A stretch of 59,544 nt of DNA, filler included, from Ionaspis alba (lineage: Eukaryota), in NCBI GenBank assembly GCA_964255285.1. It is 4 parts of 4 records of this genome, joined end to end, with 100 filler letters (N's around TTAATTAATTAA, not from the genome) between each part and the next. Parts side by side here need not be neighbours in the genome. Positions count along the whole stretch, not along the records: positions 29,846 to 44,653 come from CAXUUL010000399.1; positions 44,754 to 59,544 come from CAXUUL010000400.1; 2 more parts are not named here. One strand, given 5' to 3'. How positions within the stretch are numbered: the first letter of the stretch is position 1; every line of letters starts with the position of its first letter. Below the pieces are notes generated by a model. That model ran no database searches. It was not told the origin of the DNA and worked only from the letters and a program-made list of their open reading frames with translations. Made by a program: the position numbers and the translations under genes. Below, piece after piece: positions 35,926-50,300 of this stretch.

Positions 35926-36749
35926 CCTGGTGACCGCAGCGTGCTAGCAAAGCTCCTTTCAATTGTAGTTCCAGAACCTCCAGAATGGAAGCGTATTCTT
36001 TGTTGACTTGAACTGATATGGTTGTAACGATATAAACCAGCTAAGGAGCAAATCAACGACGCTGAAGTGTCTTGCGCAAAAGGCTCCCTTGGTGTCAAAA
36101 AGAAGAGTCGTGCCTGCTTGATGATGATCGTGTCAAGCTAGAAGCAGCTTATCACGCGTGGCGACTGCAGTTGGATTGTTCTTGTTGACAGAGATGCTCA
36201 CTTTCCAATGGTATTGAGCTGTCGACTGATGTCGTTGTGCGATCGGAGACGACAACTGATCGGTCTCAAATGATGCAGTCGAGCTCCCAAGAGGATATGA
36301 TATAGTAGAAAGCTTGAAACTCAGTGTCGAAATGACGATGAAGTTCTTGTAGGGATGATCAGAGGAGGGATCGGCGGCTTTCTAGACACCTGACTGGACT
36401 CGAAATGAGAGTAGTGGTTGGTTGTGCGCCGCTGTGGGATCAACCACGAAAACCCGTCAGATGGTAGAAGTCCTGGTCGCTGGAGATCTGGTACAGGATA
36501 TTGCTGGTTGTCGTCGTAGTATCCTCTCACTGGCAGTGATTAGCCATGATGAGTTGAGATGGGCTTTACGTGAATCCTCATGGCGAATGTGGTCGAGGGG
36601 GTGCCTCCAACACCGCGGCGCGATCAAGGACAAGCCGCTAAAATAGCGGCTAAATATAATCAAGCTCGAACGAGACGCCGTCAACGAATTGATCTTCACC
36701 ACGCTCTCGCAGAAAACTGGAAAATAGTCTGTCGGATTTTTTACCAAAC

Positions 36750-37225
36750 ATGGATGGGTATGTCAAAGCTGGGTTCTATTCCGTTCTGGCCCATTCTGCC
36801 CTGCTGCCTGCTCTTGCTTGGCTACCAGACATGTTGCTGACCCCTTGAAATTAGATTGAATGCCCAGGAACAGCGAGAGCTCCAGTCACGCATAGAAAAG
36901 AAGCAGATGAAAGAGTTCATGAACGTGTGTATTTTCCACATTTCAAGCCATCCACGGACAACACTGGGAGTAACAGGCGTACGGTCTGACAAATATGTCA
37001 TGGCTGACACTCTCTTGACTATAGACATACTCAAATCTCGTGCAAAGGTGCTTCGACGACTGCGTCAACGACTTCACAACCAAGTCGCTGCATTCAAAAG
37101 AGGAGGGATGCGTCATGCGCTGCGTAGATAAGTACATGAAAAGTACGGAAAGGCTGGGACAACGGTTCCAAGAGCAGAATGCTGCCATGATGCAGTCGGG
37201 ACAGATCCCCGGTGCCGGACGATGA
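36750..37225 (+). CDS. TIM9: Mitochondrial intermembrane chaperone Tim9, 3 exons
   Basis: [42 protein letters not shown]...[11 protein letters not shown] twin CX3C. Confidence 0.95.
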
Positions 37226-38142
37226 TGGAGATGGACGATGCTGGGTACATCAGGAAGAGTGTGATGGCTCTTAGCGTCTGGAAACGTCAACAAGATGGCG
37301 GCGCGACTTGTCGACGCCGTGGCCTGCAGATTTGAACCCGGAGGGACTATGACCATATCTTCAAAGGTAGCTATCAAGACTTGTGGTAATCTTGGACTAT
37401 ACTTGAAGTGTACGATAGGGGTTCTGGTTAGTGTGCGGACCGGACGCACAAAAAGCTCTTCTCACCATATGAAGAACTTTGATAGTCCAATTTGATAGCT
37501 ATCTGCTTGCCATTGAATTTCATGTAGCATTTCTGTTTTACTAGGCCTTCCGTTACATGAGCTGATAGCCATTAGGTGATGCTTAGTGCTTGATAGGAAA
37601 TTGGTCTCGTTGTACAGCTTTCTACAAGATTTGCAGGTCTATTCTTCCATACGGTATTACCGATTGAGTCAGGTACCTCGCTGAGAGATTGCCTCAACGG
37701 ATCTCCCAGATCGTAGTAAAATGATTCTTTTCACGAATGAATAGCATGATTTGGATGGCCAGAGCGCTGTTTAAAAACGCTTTCTCTTAAGGGGTCTTTG
37801 TATAGAGAAAGCCCGGTTAGAAGTACATATCACGTGCTCCAAAGGTTTCTTGAACACCTAAATTTAATGCACGTCACTGGGAACTCCTCCCCAGAAGCTT
37901 CACCTTTGTTTCAGGGGCCGCAGCTGGAATTTCACCACGTAAACGGGCTAGTTTCCCTCTCGGTTGCAGGGAGCCATATCGTCCCGGAACTTCCGCAGCC
38001 CCACCTGCCCCTCTTCAATTCTCGAGGTAAAAATTGTCCGTCCGAATGACGGCATTCAGCTATAGCATTATTTCCTATTCTCCATCGCAGCATTTCCATT
38101 CCATTCAGATTGATTACCATAACCTATCGTCATACTGCAAAA

Positions 38143-39557
<1,415 letters not shown>

Positions 39558-41316
39558 CGTTTTAGTACGTTCAGTATTAAAAACGAGATCATAGGATGAA
39601 ATTGGATATCCCATATCATTTGCATACTCCGACCGGTTCTTCTCGGTTTGATATCTCGACGAGAGAGATATGACCCGGAAATACTCAAGCGTTATCACAC
39701 CCGCATAAAACAAAGTTCTGTCGGACATTCCGCAGGACTTGGCAGGAGATCGTCCAAGCAATCAGTATATTCCTATCCAAGTTCTGGTTGTTTCATTATT
39801 CGGCGGCAGATGACGATTTCATTTCAGGCATAGTCATGGACGGAAAACTCCTATTTCCTTGCTTTTTTGACTGCCGTTAGGATACGTGTGTAGTTCACGG
39901 GAGCACTAGATAGTAGAGTAGTAACCACCCAGTTATTTGCATGAGGGGTCAATGTGCAAAAAAGACCCCTGAGTGCTAAAAAGAGATTGACGGGCCATAG
40001 AACTGCTTAGGCGCATTGACTACCCGCCCAAAATGCAGTCTGGGCGTTGTTGTGCACCCCGGAAGAAGTCGAGATCCTGGTTGCTGATCACTGTGCGGGC
40101 CTTGAATGCTGCTGCTGCTAAATTACGGCAGCTTGCCTGCATGCAATTCCACCGAATCAATGGCTGACTGGTTGTCGTGGTACCCGTTGAGATTGGGTGA
40201 AGAAATGAAAAGACTCTGCTTCGGAATGAACCATGATTGGATCATGTGGCCGTGGCGATCTCCTCGTGGGAGATTTTCCACCGGAACAAGAGGGGGATGA
40301 AGGCGGGATGTCGGTGGAACGGCGAGCGAAGAAATGAAGGAGGAAGTATGAAAGATGACGGTCTGTGAGTGCATACAGTACTACCACCACTGAAGCTTTT
40401 CAAGGGTGGAGTCAGTCGCGTAGTGCAAGATGCAGTGGTACATCGGAGGGACATCGACCGTGTGGAGAAGAGAGACGGAGAAAATGGAAATCTGTACTGA
40501 ATCTCTGCCTCTGATCTCCTTCTCTTCCATTGCTGTGCTCCTGCTAGGCCGGCATGATCCTCCCGACAGGATACAGTGAAGTGGGAAGAGTGGGAAAGAG
40601 TGGAAGGATGACACGATTGCTGGCCTGCTAGTTATCTCCCACCAACCAATTTCAGCGAAATTGAGATCAGCTGAAGGCCTCCACCAATGCAAGGTCAGGG
40701 CTCTAGTCCCCAAACCAGTAAAGCCTCCAGCCATGGACCCCCCATTGCCCCGTTGAACCCCCAGCTAATCTCGCTAATGCCTGCACGCTTCGGCGGTCAC
40801 GTATCTCGTTCCAAACCGACGCTGTCAACACCACAGAAGAAACCTTCTCATCCTTCCACTCCTTCCCATACCCGCCCCTCATTGCTCTTGTCTGCAACTC
40901 TCCTTTGGGCTTCAATGCTAGCAGATCGTTCCATCTGCTCAGTATCGTCGCCGTCCATTCCTTTGAAGATTCTTCAGCATTACAGCACTGCTTTCTCTGC
41001 ATGGTCGGTCATTTCGAAGGTAGCTAAAATCCTTTCGACCTCCAGGCATCTTCTCGAACGATGTTTCGCGGTCACAAATATTTGGAGAAATTGGTCGAAT
41101 TGATGCTAACATTGAGATAAGCTACAGCGTTGCATATCCACTCGTACCTAACTTACCTCCTCGTACACGGAGAGCTCAGGAGCTCTTCATACAGCTTGTC
41201 CTTGATCGAATCATCGTCCAGCCGGTTTCTCCATCGAAACATCAGTCAAGAGTAAATGAGAACAATCATACCATCCACCTTGAAAGCCTCCGATCGAGGG
41301 GTCCTGGACACGAAAC

Positions 41317-44085
41317 ATGGCAGAGGTGTCACTACCTCAGCATCCATATGCCATGTCTTCACGCTCCGTGGATTCCATGGGAACCGATGTCTTCTTGTCA
41401 CCGTCACAACCACCCAGTGCACCAGAACCTAATCCACCCTTCGTCTTCCCTATGCGGTCCTCCCAATATGACAGTCCCGGCGCTCCAGTAGAGATACCGC
41501 AAATCGAAGGGGCTACAATCAGCAGTCGACGCTCCGGTAATCGATCAAGACCACAGCGGATATCTCTCAACAGCCTCCCAGCCTTCGAATTTCACCCTTC
41601 CACCGCCAACAGTTCTTCTACCACCAGCGGAAGTTCTACGAGCTCGCCAACGAGAAGCATACCAATTTCGGGTCGCTCGAGTGGACATCGAAGAGGTGGA
41701 AGCGAGTTTATTGGTGGTGATGGGACCGCTGATGGACCTGGCTTGATGAGCACTAGTCCCACGAAAGGCGAAGGTGTACTGCCATCGCCAGCTGGTGCTC
41801 GTCATGGACCACCTGGAGGAAGACGAGGTCATGCTCACCGACGTTCCGGGGCAATATCACATCACGACCTGTCAGCGATACTCAAGCCTGCTCACGAAGC
41901 CAATCCTCGTTCTGGAAGTGCTCCGACGACTCCGTCCGATCCGAATGGGAATGAGCAATTTTTCCCAAACTCTGACAAATCTGCCTCTCAACCATCTCTT
42001 ATACCCTCAGGATCTCCTTCGCTGACATCTACTATCCGCCGGGAAAGCTCAACCAGCACCGGACAGCCTCGACCACGTGTGGGCTTTTCCGAGACTGTGG
42101 AATTCATTCCTCGCCCATTGTCAACGATCTCCTCGGAAACCTCCAGTTCTATGTCGACTATCCGCGCTGCTCACTCTGTGACCAACAGTATCTCTTCGGT
42201 AGTGAGTGCTGGGACCTATAGTCCACCCTCTGCAAAGAAGCCTGTTGCGATATTTGAGGCTCCATTTGAGGAAGAGGCATCAACAGGCAGACCGAGATCT
42301 GCTGGCGAGGTCTCAAGAAGCTTCAGCGACAGGAAGACTCCAAGACAGCACAGATCCCTAGATATGGGCCGATCACGTTCAGGCGAGTCGTGTTACATCC
42401 CGATTGATTCGAATATCTCTTCCTTTGAGAAAGACCAGGATCTATGGCTCCAACACGAGCCTCCACCAGATGATGATGACGTTTCTCCTTTCACGACCAC
42501 ACCTCAAGAACCAGTAACCGCATATGACTTCCCGCAGCTCGCTAGCACTGTCCAGCGAGCAGGTGCGGCGTCTACTGCATACAGACCCTCACCATGTGCT
42601 CGTCCGAGGTCCTCACCAGAGCCCAAGATCACGAAACGGCAAAGAAAAACCAGATCCTGGGGTTCGTTGTTGTCCAAGAAAGCGAAAGCACACTCGTTTG
42701 GTGATACGATTGAGACTCGCCCTTCCCCGTCATCACCACTGCGCGAGTTCGCACCGTCAGACGAATCTACCATTGATGACAGTATCACCGATGAGGCTGC
42801 TCGCGGCATGTATGATCGTAGCGAATCTCAAACACAACAGCCCAGGATCGACTTCTCAAACTGGAAACCACGAGAACTGGCATCGTCGTACCGAAGCAAC
42901 AACGACGAAACCGAACCAGACGGCTCAATCCTTGACCTCGATGCAGCCTTTGCCTCGCCCACTTCCACAAACAGTGGTACGGGCTTCGACCCTTCATCTG
43001 GTTTCTCCTCCGCAAAGCGTCGGATGCACAGTGGCGGCAATACTGGCGCCTTTGTGGGTCCCGGAATGCATTACCATCGTCGTGCGGAAAGCGCCCCTGA
43101 AATGGCTCCGGTTGATTACTCGTCCTTTGGAATACATCGCTTGGGTAGCAATCCTGCTATGGCGGATGTATTCGAAGAGGATGAGGAGGATGACACTGCA
43201 GAGAAGCAGGGCAATACTCAAACGAAGTCAAAGGCCATTGCTAATAGAACGGACTTGCAGGGTCTTGGTGTGCAAATTATGGATTTTGACGACAGTCAGA
43301 ACCGCCAGTTGCGACGGCGACCTCAAATACCATTATCTAGACCCGAAGGTACTCCAAGCAGTGAATCGACAGCATTAGAACGATCTGGCAACAACCTAGG
43401 AAATGAAGTTGGTGTGGGAGACGGCACTGTGGTAGAGATCGTCGACTCAACTGAAGAGCCTCGCTTCTCTGTTGTCACCAAGTCTTCAGACGAGTCCACC
43501 ATTACTCCGACTCTTTCCGATGACGCACTGTCGAGTGGACAGCTGCCTAATCCAATGGACTTTGCCTTTCCTGCACCTAATCTCCATTTCGAAACTCCGG
43601 AGACTATATCATCCGTGTCATCTCCTGACATGATCAATACCTCTTTCGACGTTCCACGATTGAACACAGCCACTTCCTCCATCACAGACAGGACGAACTG
43701 GAGCTCCCCACGACCAGGAGAGCGTGGTCATAACTCGACTTACTCGACCGAGGACGTGCCATCCCTCACCAGCAGTGCCTCTACCATGATCAGCGGGCAC
43801 CCATCACGGTTTTCCAGCAGTGCCGAAACTCGATCATCTGCAGAAAGATCATTTTCTGTTTCTGGAGCCGTACCCCCAAGAACAAGACCTGTGAGCGCAT
43901 ACAAGAGATCCAGCCTTGCAAGTCTCTCTCGTTTGGTAGGCAGCTCTTACGGCGAGAAGAGCAAGTTGTCGATCGCGTCTACTGCTCAATCGGACGAAGT
44001 GGAGAAAAAGGATAAGAAAAAGGGGAACAGGATCAGTCGGTTGATGCGGTTCTGGAAGTCCAAGGAGAAGCTAAATTCGGGTTAG
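41317..44085 (+). CDS. Conserved-type Ser/Pro-rich disordered fungal protein (922 aa) with HRRxxS and FxFP motifs
   Basis: Long uninterrupted ORF; motifs HRRGGSEFIGGD, HAHRRSGAIS, RVGFS..VEFIPRPLST, HRRAESAP, KRSSLASLSRLV, RLMRFW. Confidence 0.85.
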   Translation: MAEVSLPQHPYAMSSRSVDSMGTDVFLSPSQPPSAPEPNPPFVFPMRSSQYDSPGAPVEIPQIEGATISSRRSGNRSRPQRISLNSLPAFEFHPSTANSSSTTSGSSTSSPTRSIPISGRSSGHRRGGSEFIGGDGTADGPGLMSTSPTKGEGVLPSPAGARHGPPGGRRGHAHRRSGAISHHDLSAILKPAHEANPRSGSAPTTPSDPNGNEQFFPNSDKSASQPSLIPSGSPSLTSTIRRESSTSTGQPRPRVGFSETVEFIPRPLSTISSETSSSMSTIRAAHSVTNSISSVVSAGTYSPPSAKKPVAIFEAPFEEEASTGRPRSAGEVSRSFSDRKTPRQHRSLDMGRSRSGESCYIPIDSNISSFEKDQDLWLQHEPPPDDDDVSPFTTTPQEPVTAYDFPQLASTVQRAGAASTAYRPSPCARPRSSPEPKITKRQRKTRSWGSLLSKKAKAHSFGDTIETRPSPSSPLREFAPSDESTIDDSITDEAARGMYDRSESQTQQPRIDFSNWKPRELASSYRSNNDETEPDGSILDLDAAFASPTSTNSGTGFDPSSGFSSAKRRMHSGGNTGAFVGPGMHYHRRAESAPEMAPVDYSSFGIHRLGSNPAMADVFEEDEEDDTAEKQGNTQTKSKAIANRTDLQGLGVQIMDFDDSQNRQLRRRPQIPLSRPEGTPSSESTALERSGNNLGNEVGVGDGTVVEIVDSTEEPRFSVVTKSSDESTITPTLSDDALSSGQLPNPMDFAFPAPNLHFETPETISSVSSPDMINTSFDVPRLNTATSSITDRTNWSSPRPGERGHNSTYSTEDVPSLTSSASTMISGHPSRFSSSAETRSSAERSFSVSGAVPPRTRPVSAYKRSSLASLSRLVGSSYGEKSKLSIASTAQSDEVEKKDKKKGNRISRLMRFWKSKEKLNSG

Positions 44086-44653
44086 AGCACGTCCAATTTA
44101 CGACACAGGGTCAAAATGTGGTTTTCAGTTTTCTTTTCTCAACGGATAGCTTGCATCATCTTCACGTTTGCATGGATGGCTTTCTCAAACAAAAGTTACG
44201 AATGGACGAACGGAAATCAATCGGCTCAAGGATTTTATTTCGATACAGATACTTGGGCTCTGCCCATATCCTCACATCTTGAACGACTCTTACACCTCTC
44301 AATCGAATGATATCTGGCCTTGCTTCTCAGCATGCCCGCTTTAATACTCTAGCACCCACCACACTCACTCAATCACCCTTACTTCTGGAGGAATGGTTCA
44401 TCTCTCACAATGAGGCAACCCCTGGCAACACGTTTCAAAATCTCAACGAACGTGTGAAGATGTTATGGCTCTTTTTTTGATCCTTTTGTGGTCACACCAC
44501 CTCCACCATTTTTGTGCAGCGAATTTAGCAAGCGTGCTTTTTACATAGGATATTGGAAGAGGTATTGCTGCTGAAAGGGCTGAGATGAATCGATTGCTAT
44601 GTAGCTTGAATGATACTAGCTACATATGATGATCTCACTGGGGGTTCAAGTGA

Positions 44654-44753
44654 NNNNNNNNNNNNNNNNNNNNNNNNNNNNNNNNNNNNNNNNNNNNTTA
44701 ATTAATTAANNNNNNNNNNNNNNNNNNNNNNNNNNNNNNNNNNNNNNNNNNNN
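44654..44753. other. Artificial scaffold-joining spacer N44-TTAATTAATTAA-N44
   Basis: 12-mer at 44698-44709 flanked by 44 N on each side. Confidence 0.97.
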
Positions 44754-44962
44754 ACCACCTCCTGGTACGACTTTTTTCCACTTACAGTCGATGATCTAGC
44801 TATCGGCGTAACGTAACTCTGGGCATATCTCTATTGCAGAATCGAGCTGCATATGCTAGTAAATTATGCTTTCATTTAGCTCACCCTTCTGTACCCAAGA
44901 GCAAGAGCCCTCCGAAACTTGAATCGTGTCCTGCTCGCGACAGGGTGTACAAGTATCAAGAC

Positions 44963-46073
44963 ATGGATGGCCTTCTGTCACTTCCAAACGAGGTGAGCAC
45001 CTAGAGAGCCAATGCTTCTGGCTATTAAGAAATTGACTTGAATAGCTGCTGATCCAAATCTTGAGCGCGTTCTCAACTCAGCTCCTGCTGCCCATCACCG
45101 CAGTTTCTCACCGTTTCCATGATCTAGTCCTGGGCATTGTCCACCGTCGATTGCTTGTCGCAGCTGCATTCAAGGACCGCAAACTACTTCTCGAATGCTA
45201 CCATCCGTCCTCCAGGAACACTGAGCCTTACCTCTTCTGTGACTATCTTGGCACCCCAGGATTGAGCAGTGAAAAGGACGGCGAGGGGTCTGCCTATCAT
45301 GCCAGTCAGCCGATTGGTCGACTTGGCAAGCTGAGTAGACTATACTCGCGGTTTAGACCGGTTCGACATGAGGCTGAGCAGAGACTGTTCCGGCCTCACC
45401 CAGCAGGAGACGTGCCTGGTAATCCGGGTACAAGTACATATTTTCCGGCTCGGCCACCATCACGCGAGGAAACCGTCGAGCCTTTCGTTTCGCATACGGT
45501 CAATTTGGAATCTCACGAACTCTTCTCCCAATTGATGGTCGTTACGAACCTCGTACAGCTTGGACCTCGAAGAGGTGTTTTCTATAGCTTCGTTAATATA
45601 GCCGATGGAGTCGTGAGAGTCTGGAGGGCTTGGCTAGCAGAAAGGGCAAGCAGTCTATTCTATCCCGCAGTGGACGAAGACGAAACAGAGCAAACACGGA
45701 CCATGGATGAGAAACATACTGATATGGAGAGTCGCATGCTCTGGGTAGGGAATAGCAAAAATGTTGGGATTCGGGTTCGAGTATGTGAAAAAACATGGAG
45801 ACGGAATGAGCCAATACTGCTCCTCCATGACGAAGACCCCGCAGTAAGCTACGGAATAGAATATGAAGGTGAGTCATCTCTGTGACCGGCACTGGTCCTA
45901 GATCTGAATTCATCTTGGAACCCGAAACTTACAGACTCTTTTCAGAGCTCTTGATCAAAACAACGCATCTTCTCCTCGCGGTCGAGAGAACTCTGATTGA
46001 GCAGAGCAACAGCACAGGTGGTAAGGCGATGATCTTTGGATCGTTCGTCGAGCGCAACATTCCCAATACGTAG
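44963..46073 (+). CDS. F-box domain protein, 3 exons
   Basis: MDGLLSLPNE|LLIQILS.FST..LL....VS.RF F-box N-terminus (intron 44993-45045); LLECYHPS; last exon ELLIKTTHLLLAVE...KAMIFGS. Confidence 0.8.
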
Positions 46074-46261
46074 CTCAAGCCTGTCGCGAGCACGTACAGC
46101 TCAAACCAAAAATCGCAGAGAATATGAACCCACATTTCTTACAGTACGGCGAAAGCCTCACCAAGTAGGAAACCCCGAACCATGTGCCACCGAGTATCTT
46201 ATGCACCAGAAGAGACGGTTTTATATAAAAACATTAAGAGAGGTCTAAAGCGTTACCGGCT

Positions 46262-46904
46262 TTATAGCATCCCTTTGACAATTCGAGCTACCTCAGCCTT
46301 CTCAACCGGCTTGCCTTCGAGTTCGCCTCCCGGCCCGAAGATTACCTTGAGTACAGAGCCAGCGTTGACTGTCTGACCATCCGTCCTCATCTGGCCAATG
46401 ACCCGGGCTGCCGCCTCAGCCATCTCCTCCTCTCCCATTGTATCGACTCCAGAAGCATACTCTTCCAGTACGGCGACTTGAGCATCCTCTTTCTCGCGCA
46501 AATCATCCCTCTTTGCAGCGCTGAACTCTAGAGATGCGGACCTGGAGGCTGCTGCACGCTTCCGCAGTAAGGAAAGCAGCTGGATATCGGTCTTGAATGG
46601 CGAAGAGGTCTTGGATGCATTAGTCGTTTCTGCAAGAATAGCTCGGAGGACATTGAGGCTTCAGCAGGTTGACATTTAGCGGATTTACAGATCATGGAGT
46701 TCCTAAATTTGATATAGATAGTTTGGCGTACCGGTTCGTGTCCTTGGCCTTCATGGAAGCTTTCAAATCCGATCTCAGCTTTAGAAGTAGAGGTGGTGCG
46801 GAGTTGTCTGAGGTGTAGGTGGAATATAAACATCGCCAAGTCGCTCTCTCATGTCCAGCTATTCGCGACATATTTCTCATGGGCACCATCTTGAATGCTG
46901 TCAT
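46262..46904 (-). CDS. AIM41: Mitochondrial GatB/YqeY-domain protein Aim41
   Basis: Presequence-like N-terminus, PPLLLKLRSDLKASMKAKDTNR|LNVLRAILAE, EF..AKRDDL.EKEDAQVAVLEEY. Confidence 0.85.
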
Positions 46905-47326
46905 CGCAGAGTGAAGAATATAAGCCTCCTAAGGGAAGAATTAGAAGGTTTTCCTGGAACTTCGTGGAAAACGATGGATATGTCTCCAAAACTCCAGAGC
47001 TCTCTGTATGACACTGGTTTGAGTTGAGACTTGATCAATTAAGGTTAGAGCTGCACGAGTATGTTCAAATCAAGCGCCGGGGTCACTATTCACCGACAAG
47101 CTTTCTCGAAGAGCTCCCAAAATATTGGGACGCGCTCTACACCATCACTCATCTCTACCTTCCTTTTCACAGCTCGGTGTACCATCTGGCTGACGGCGCT
47201 TGCGATTAGGCTTGCTTTTGATTGCCCCACGCGTATGGTACGTCAGAACTTCAGGCAAGCAGGAAATCTCTGGCACTGGTTTCCACTGTCCCGTGTTGAT
47301 TTTCGTGAATGGGGGTTCAGTAAGAG

Positions 47327-50300
47327 ATGTCATATGCTGCGCAAACCCCTCAGCGACCGTTACCTGGCGCATATGTACAGACACCGGGCGTCAGCAGATA
47401 TCAGCCTGGCTTTCAAAGACAATCGTCCTTTCGCGGAAGTGGATCTGCCTCGCAGCTCCAGAATGTGCACCAGCAGGGGCAGGCAGGGCAGCAACAGCTT
47501 CAACGGCAATCTCAGGAAGTGGGAAAACCTGCCACGGAAACACTCAGCCCTATTGATCGGGCGACAAAGACTATCAATGAAACGTTAAATCAAGAGCTTA
47601 GATACGCGGATCTGGATGCCTACGTTGGTCGTAGGTGTGCCCTCGCTTGAGCTAAGGTCTTCGGACAGAACAACTGAGCTGATAATCGCGTAGAAGGCAT
47701 CTCCTCCGAATATGACATGTCCAATGAGCCAGGATGGGCCCCGTTCCAAAAAGTCAAGATATATCCCATTCCAGACCGGATCTTTGATCAATACAACCGC
47801 GCCCAAGTCTCTACTATGATGGGTCTCTTTGCCGAGATCAACCATGCTTGGGTTGCAATCGATAATGCCTGCTACTTATGGGACTACACTCATCCAGATC
47901 CCCCACTTCTTGGGGTTGAAGAACAACACAGCAGTATCACAGCCTTGCGACTTGTGACTCCAAGAGCCGGAGTGTTCATCCCTTCAATATCTCGATTACT
48001 CGTCATTGCTACTACTGCCGAAATCATTCTTGTTGGTCTTTCGCTAAGTAGGGATGCTGCCACTGGACAATCTATCTCCCTGTATCAGACTCGCATGACC
48101 ATACCTATCAAAGGAATGGACGTGAATGTCATTGCTGGATCTCCGAGCACGGGGAGGATATTCTTCTCTGGGAGGGTTGACAATGATGTATATGAAATCA
48201 CTTATCAACAGGAGGAGAAATGGTTTCAAAGTCGCTGCAGCAGAATCAACCATACCAGTAAAGGATTATCCGCGCTGACGCCATCATTCAGTTTTACCCA
48301 AAAGGCGCCCCAGGAACACACCATACAGATGACTGTTGATGATTCAAGAAACCTTCTTTATGCCTTATCCTCAAGCTCCACGATCCGTGTTTTCAACATG
48401 AAAAGCAACGCAGTTCTCGACCTGGTCATCACGCAGCCACTGAACAAGACCCTTACTGAGATTGGGCACATGTCTAACCCCACAGAGCTGATATCCCGTA
48501 ATATGAAGATTGTGTCTATCGTTCCTATTTCCGCTAATGAAGCCTCGAAGTTGCATCTAATGGTTACGACATCAACGGGTTGTCGGGTTTTCATGAGTGC
48601 AACATCTTCTTATGGTTATGTCAGCAGCCCTTCGTCCAATGTACCTACCAGTATGCAAGTTCATCATGTCAAATTTCCCCCTCCGGACCTGACTAGACCC
48701 CCGGCAAGCCAGCAACAGACCTCAACCCAGGTAACGAACTATAGCACTCATCAGGGTATCAATTCATCGTCTCGAGCATTGCTACCCACACGCACTGCGT
48801 CACGATACCCTCCCGGCTATTTCTTCTGCTTCGTGTCTCGAGACGCGCAAGCCCAGATGGATACTCTATTTGTTTCTGCTCCAGACGCAGGTCGGATAGC
48901 ACGTCCACAGGAGCCATCAAACTTGTCAAGGTTCTGCGAACTTGGGTTGTGGATGAGCTTGGGAAGTCGTGCCGAAGATATTGGCCTCATAACAGCTCCG
49001 TTTGCTGCTTCATCGACACCAAATGGCTTTGGCAATGAGCTTGCTGTTCAGTACGACAAGCCGACGGCAGAGGTCGCTATATTGACTAATACTGGCATTC
49101 ACACTCTTCGCCGAAAGCGATTGGTAGACATGTTTGCAGCAGCGATCCAAGCAGGAGGAGGTGACGAGGGCCTCGAGGGGGAGGTCAAGCGATTTATCAG
49201 ACTCTACGGGCGAGGGGAGACCGCCGCAACCGCGTTGGCTGTCGCCTGTGGTCAAGGGCTTGATGTGACATCTGAATCCAGGGTAGCAAGTGTGACCGAC
49301 CCTGAAGTGCTTGAACATGCCCGCAAAGCTTTCATTGACTTTGGGGGTAAGCCTCAGCTCAACGAGAACTCCTTGATGGATCAGTCAACGCCGACAATCG
49401 ATCTGGTAAGGCCGTCGCCTCGGCATGATGGATTAGCTTTGTACATGACCAGACTTGTTCGATCGATTTGGAAAGCCCCAATAGCGCAGGAGTCTGTCAC
49501 GCCAAGTGGTGGACTGTCAGTCCTCCCAGCCGTTAGTCTCCAGAAACTGCGGGATGTTCAACGAGACTTGACCAAGCTGAACGATTTTCTCACTGCGAAC
49601 AAGTCTTTCATCGACGGGCTAGCAGGACCGGAAGCACTTGGAAGGGTGTCCACCAAACAAGAGGAAATATCATTGCAGGCTGAGCATAGGGCGCTGTACT
49701 CTCTCGTCACTCTAATTTCCAACATCATTGAAGGCATATCCTTTGTCCTAACCTTGTTCGATGAACGCATTGAGGAGATCGTGTTATCGCTCTCGAATGA
49801 GACGAGGCAGAAAGTCCGAAATCTCACGTTTCAAGGCCTCTTCTGTACTGCCAATGGCAAGGAGTTGGCGAAGGAGCTAGTGAAGGCTATTGTCAATCGC
49901 AATATCGTCAACGGTTCCAATGTCGAAACCGTAGCTGAGTCGTTGCGAAGAAGGTGTGGCAGCTTCTGCAGCGCCGACGATGTGGTAATCTTCAAGGCCC
50001 AAGAGCAGCTGAAGCGAGCCACGGAAGCAGGTAGCGAAACCGAGCTTGGTCGAAATCTCTTGAACGAGAGCTTGAAACTGTTCAAGCAGGTGGCCGGGAC
50101 CTTGTCCATGGAGCAGTTGCATTGGGCGGTTGATCAATATGTGTCGATGCAATTTTTCGCCGGTGCCATTCAGCTAGCTTTGAGTGTCGCTCAGGAGTCG
50201 GATAGGGGCAACAGAGCGCTGTCTTGGATACAAGATGGACGACCTGAACAGGTGAGGCTTTCCTCGGTGTGCTGCCGTGGCACTACTGACTTCACAATAG

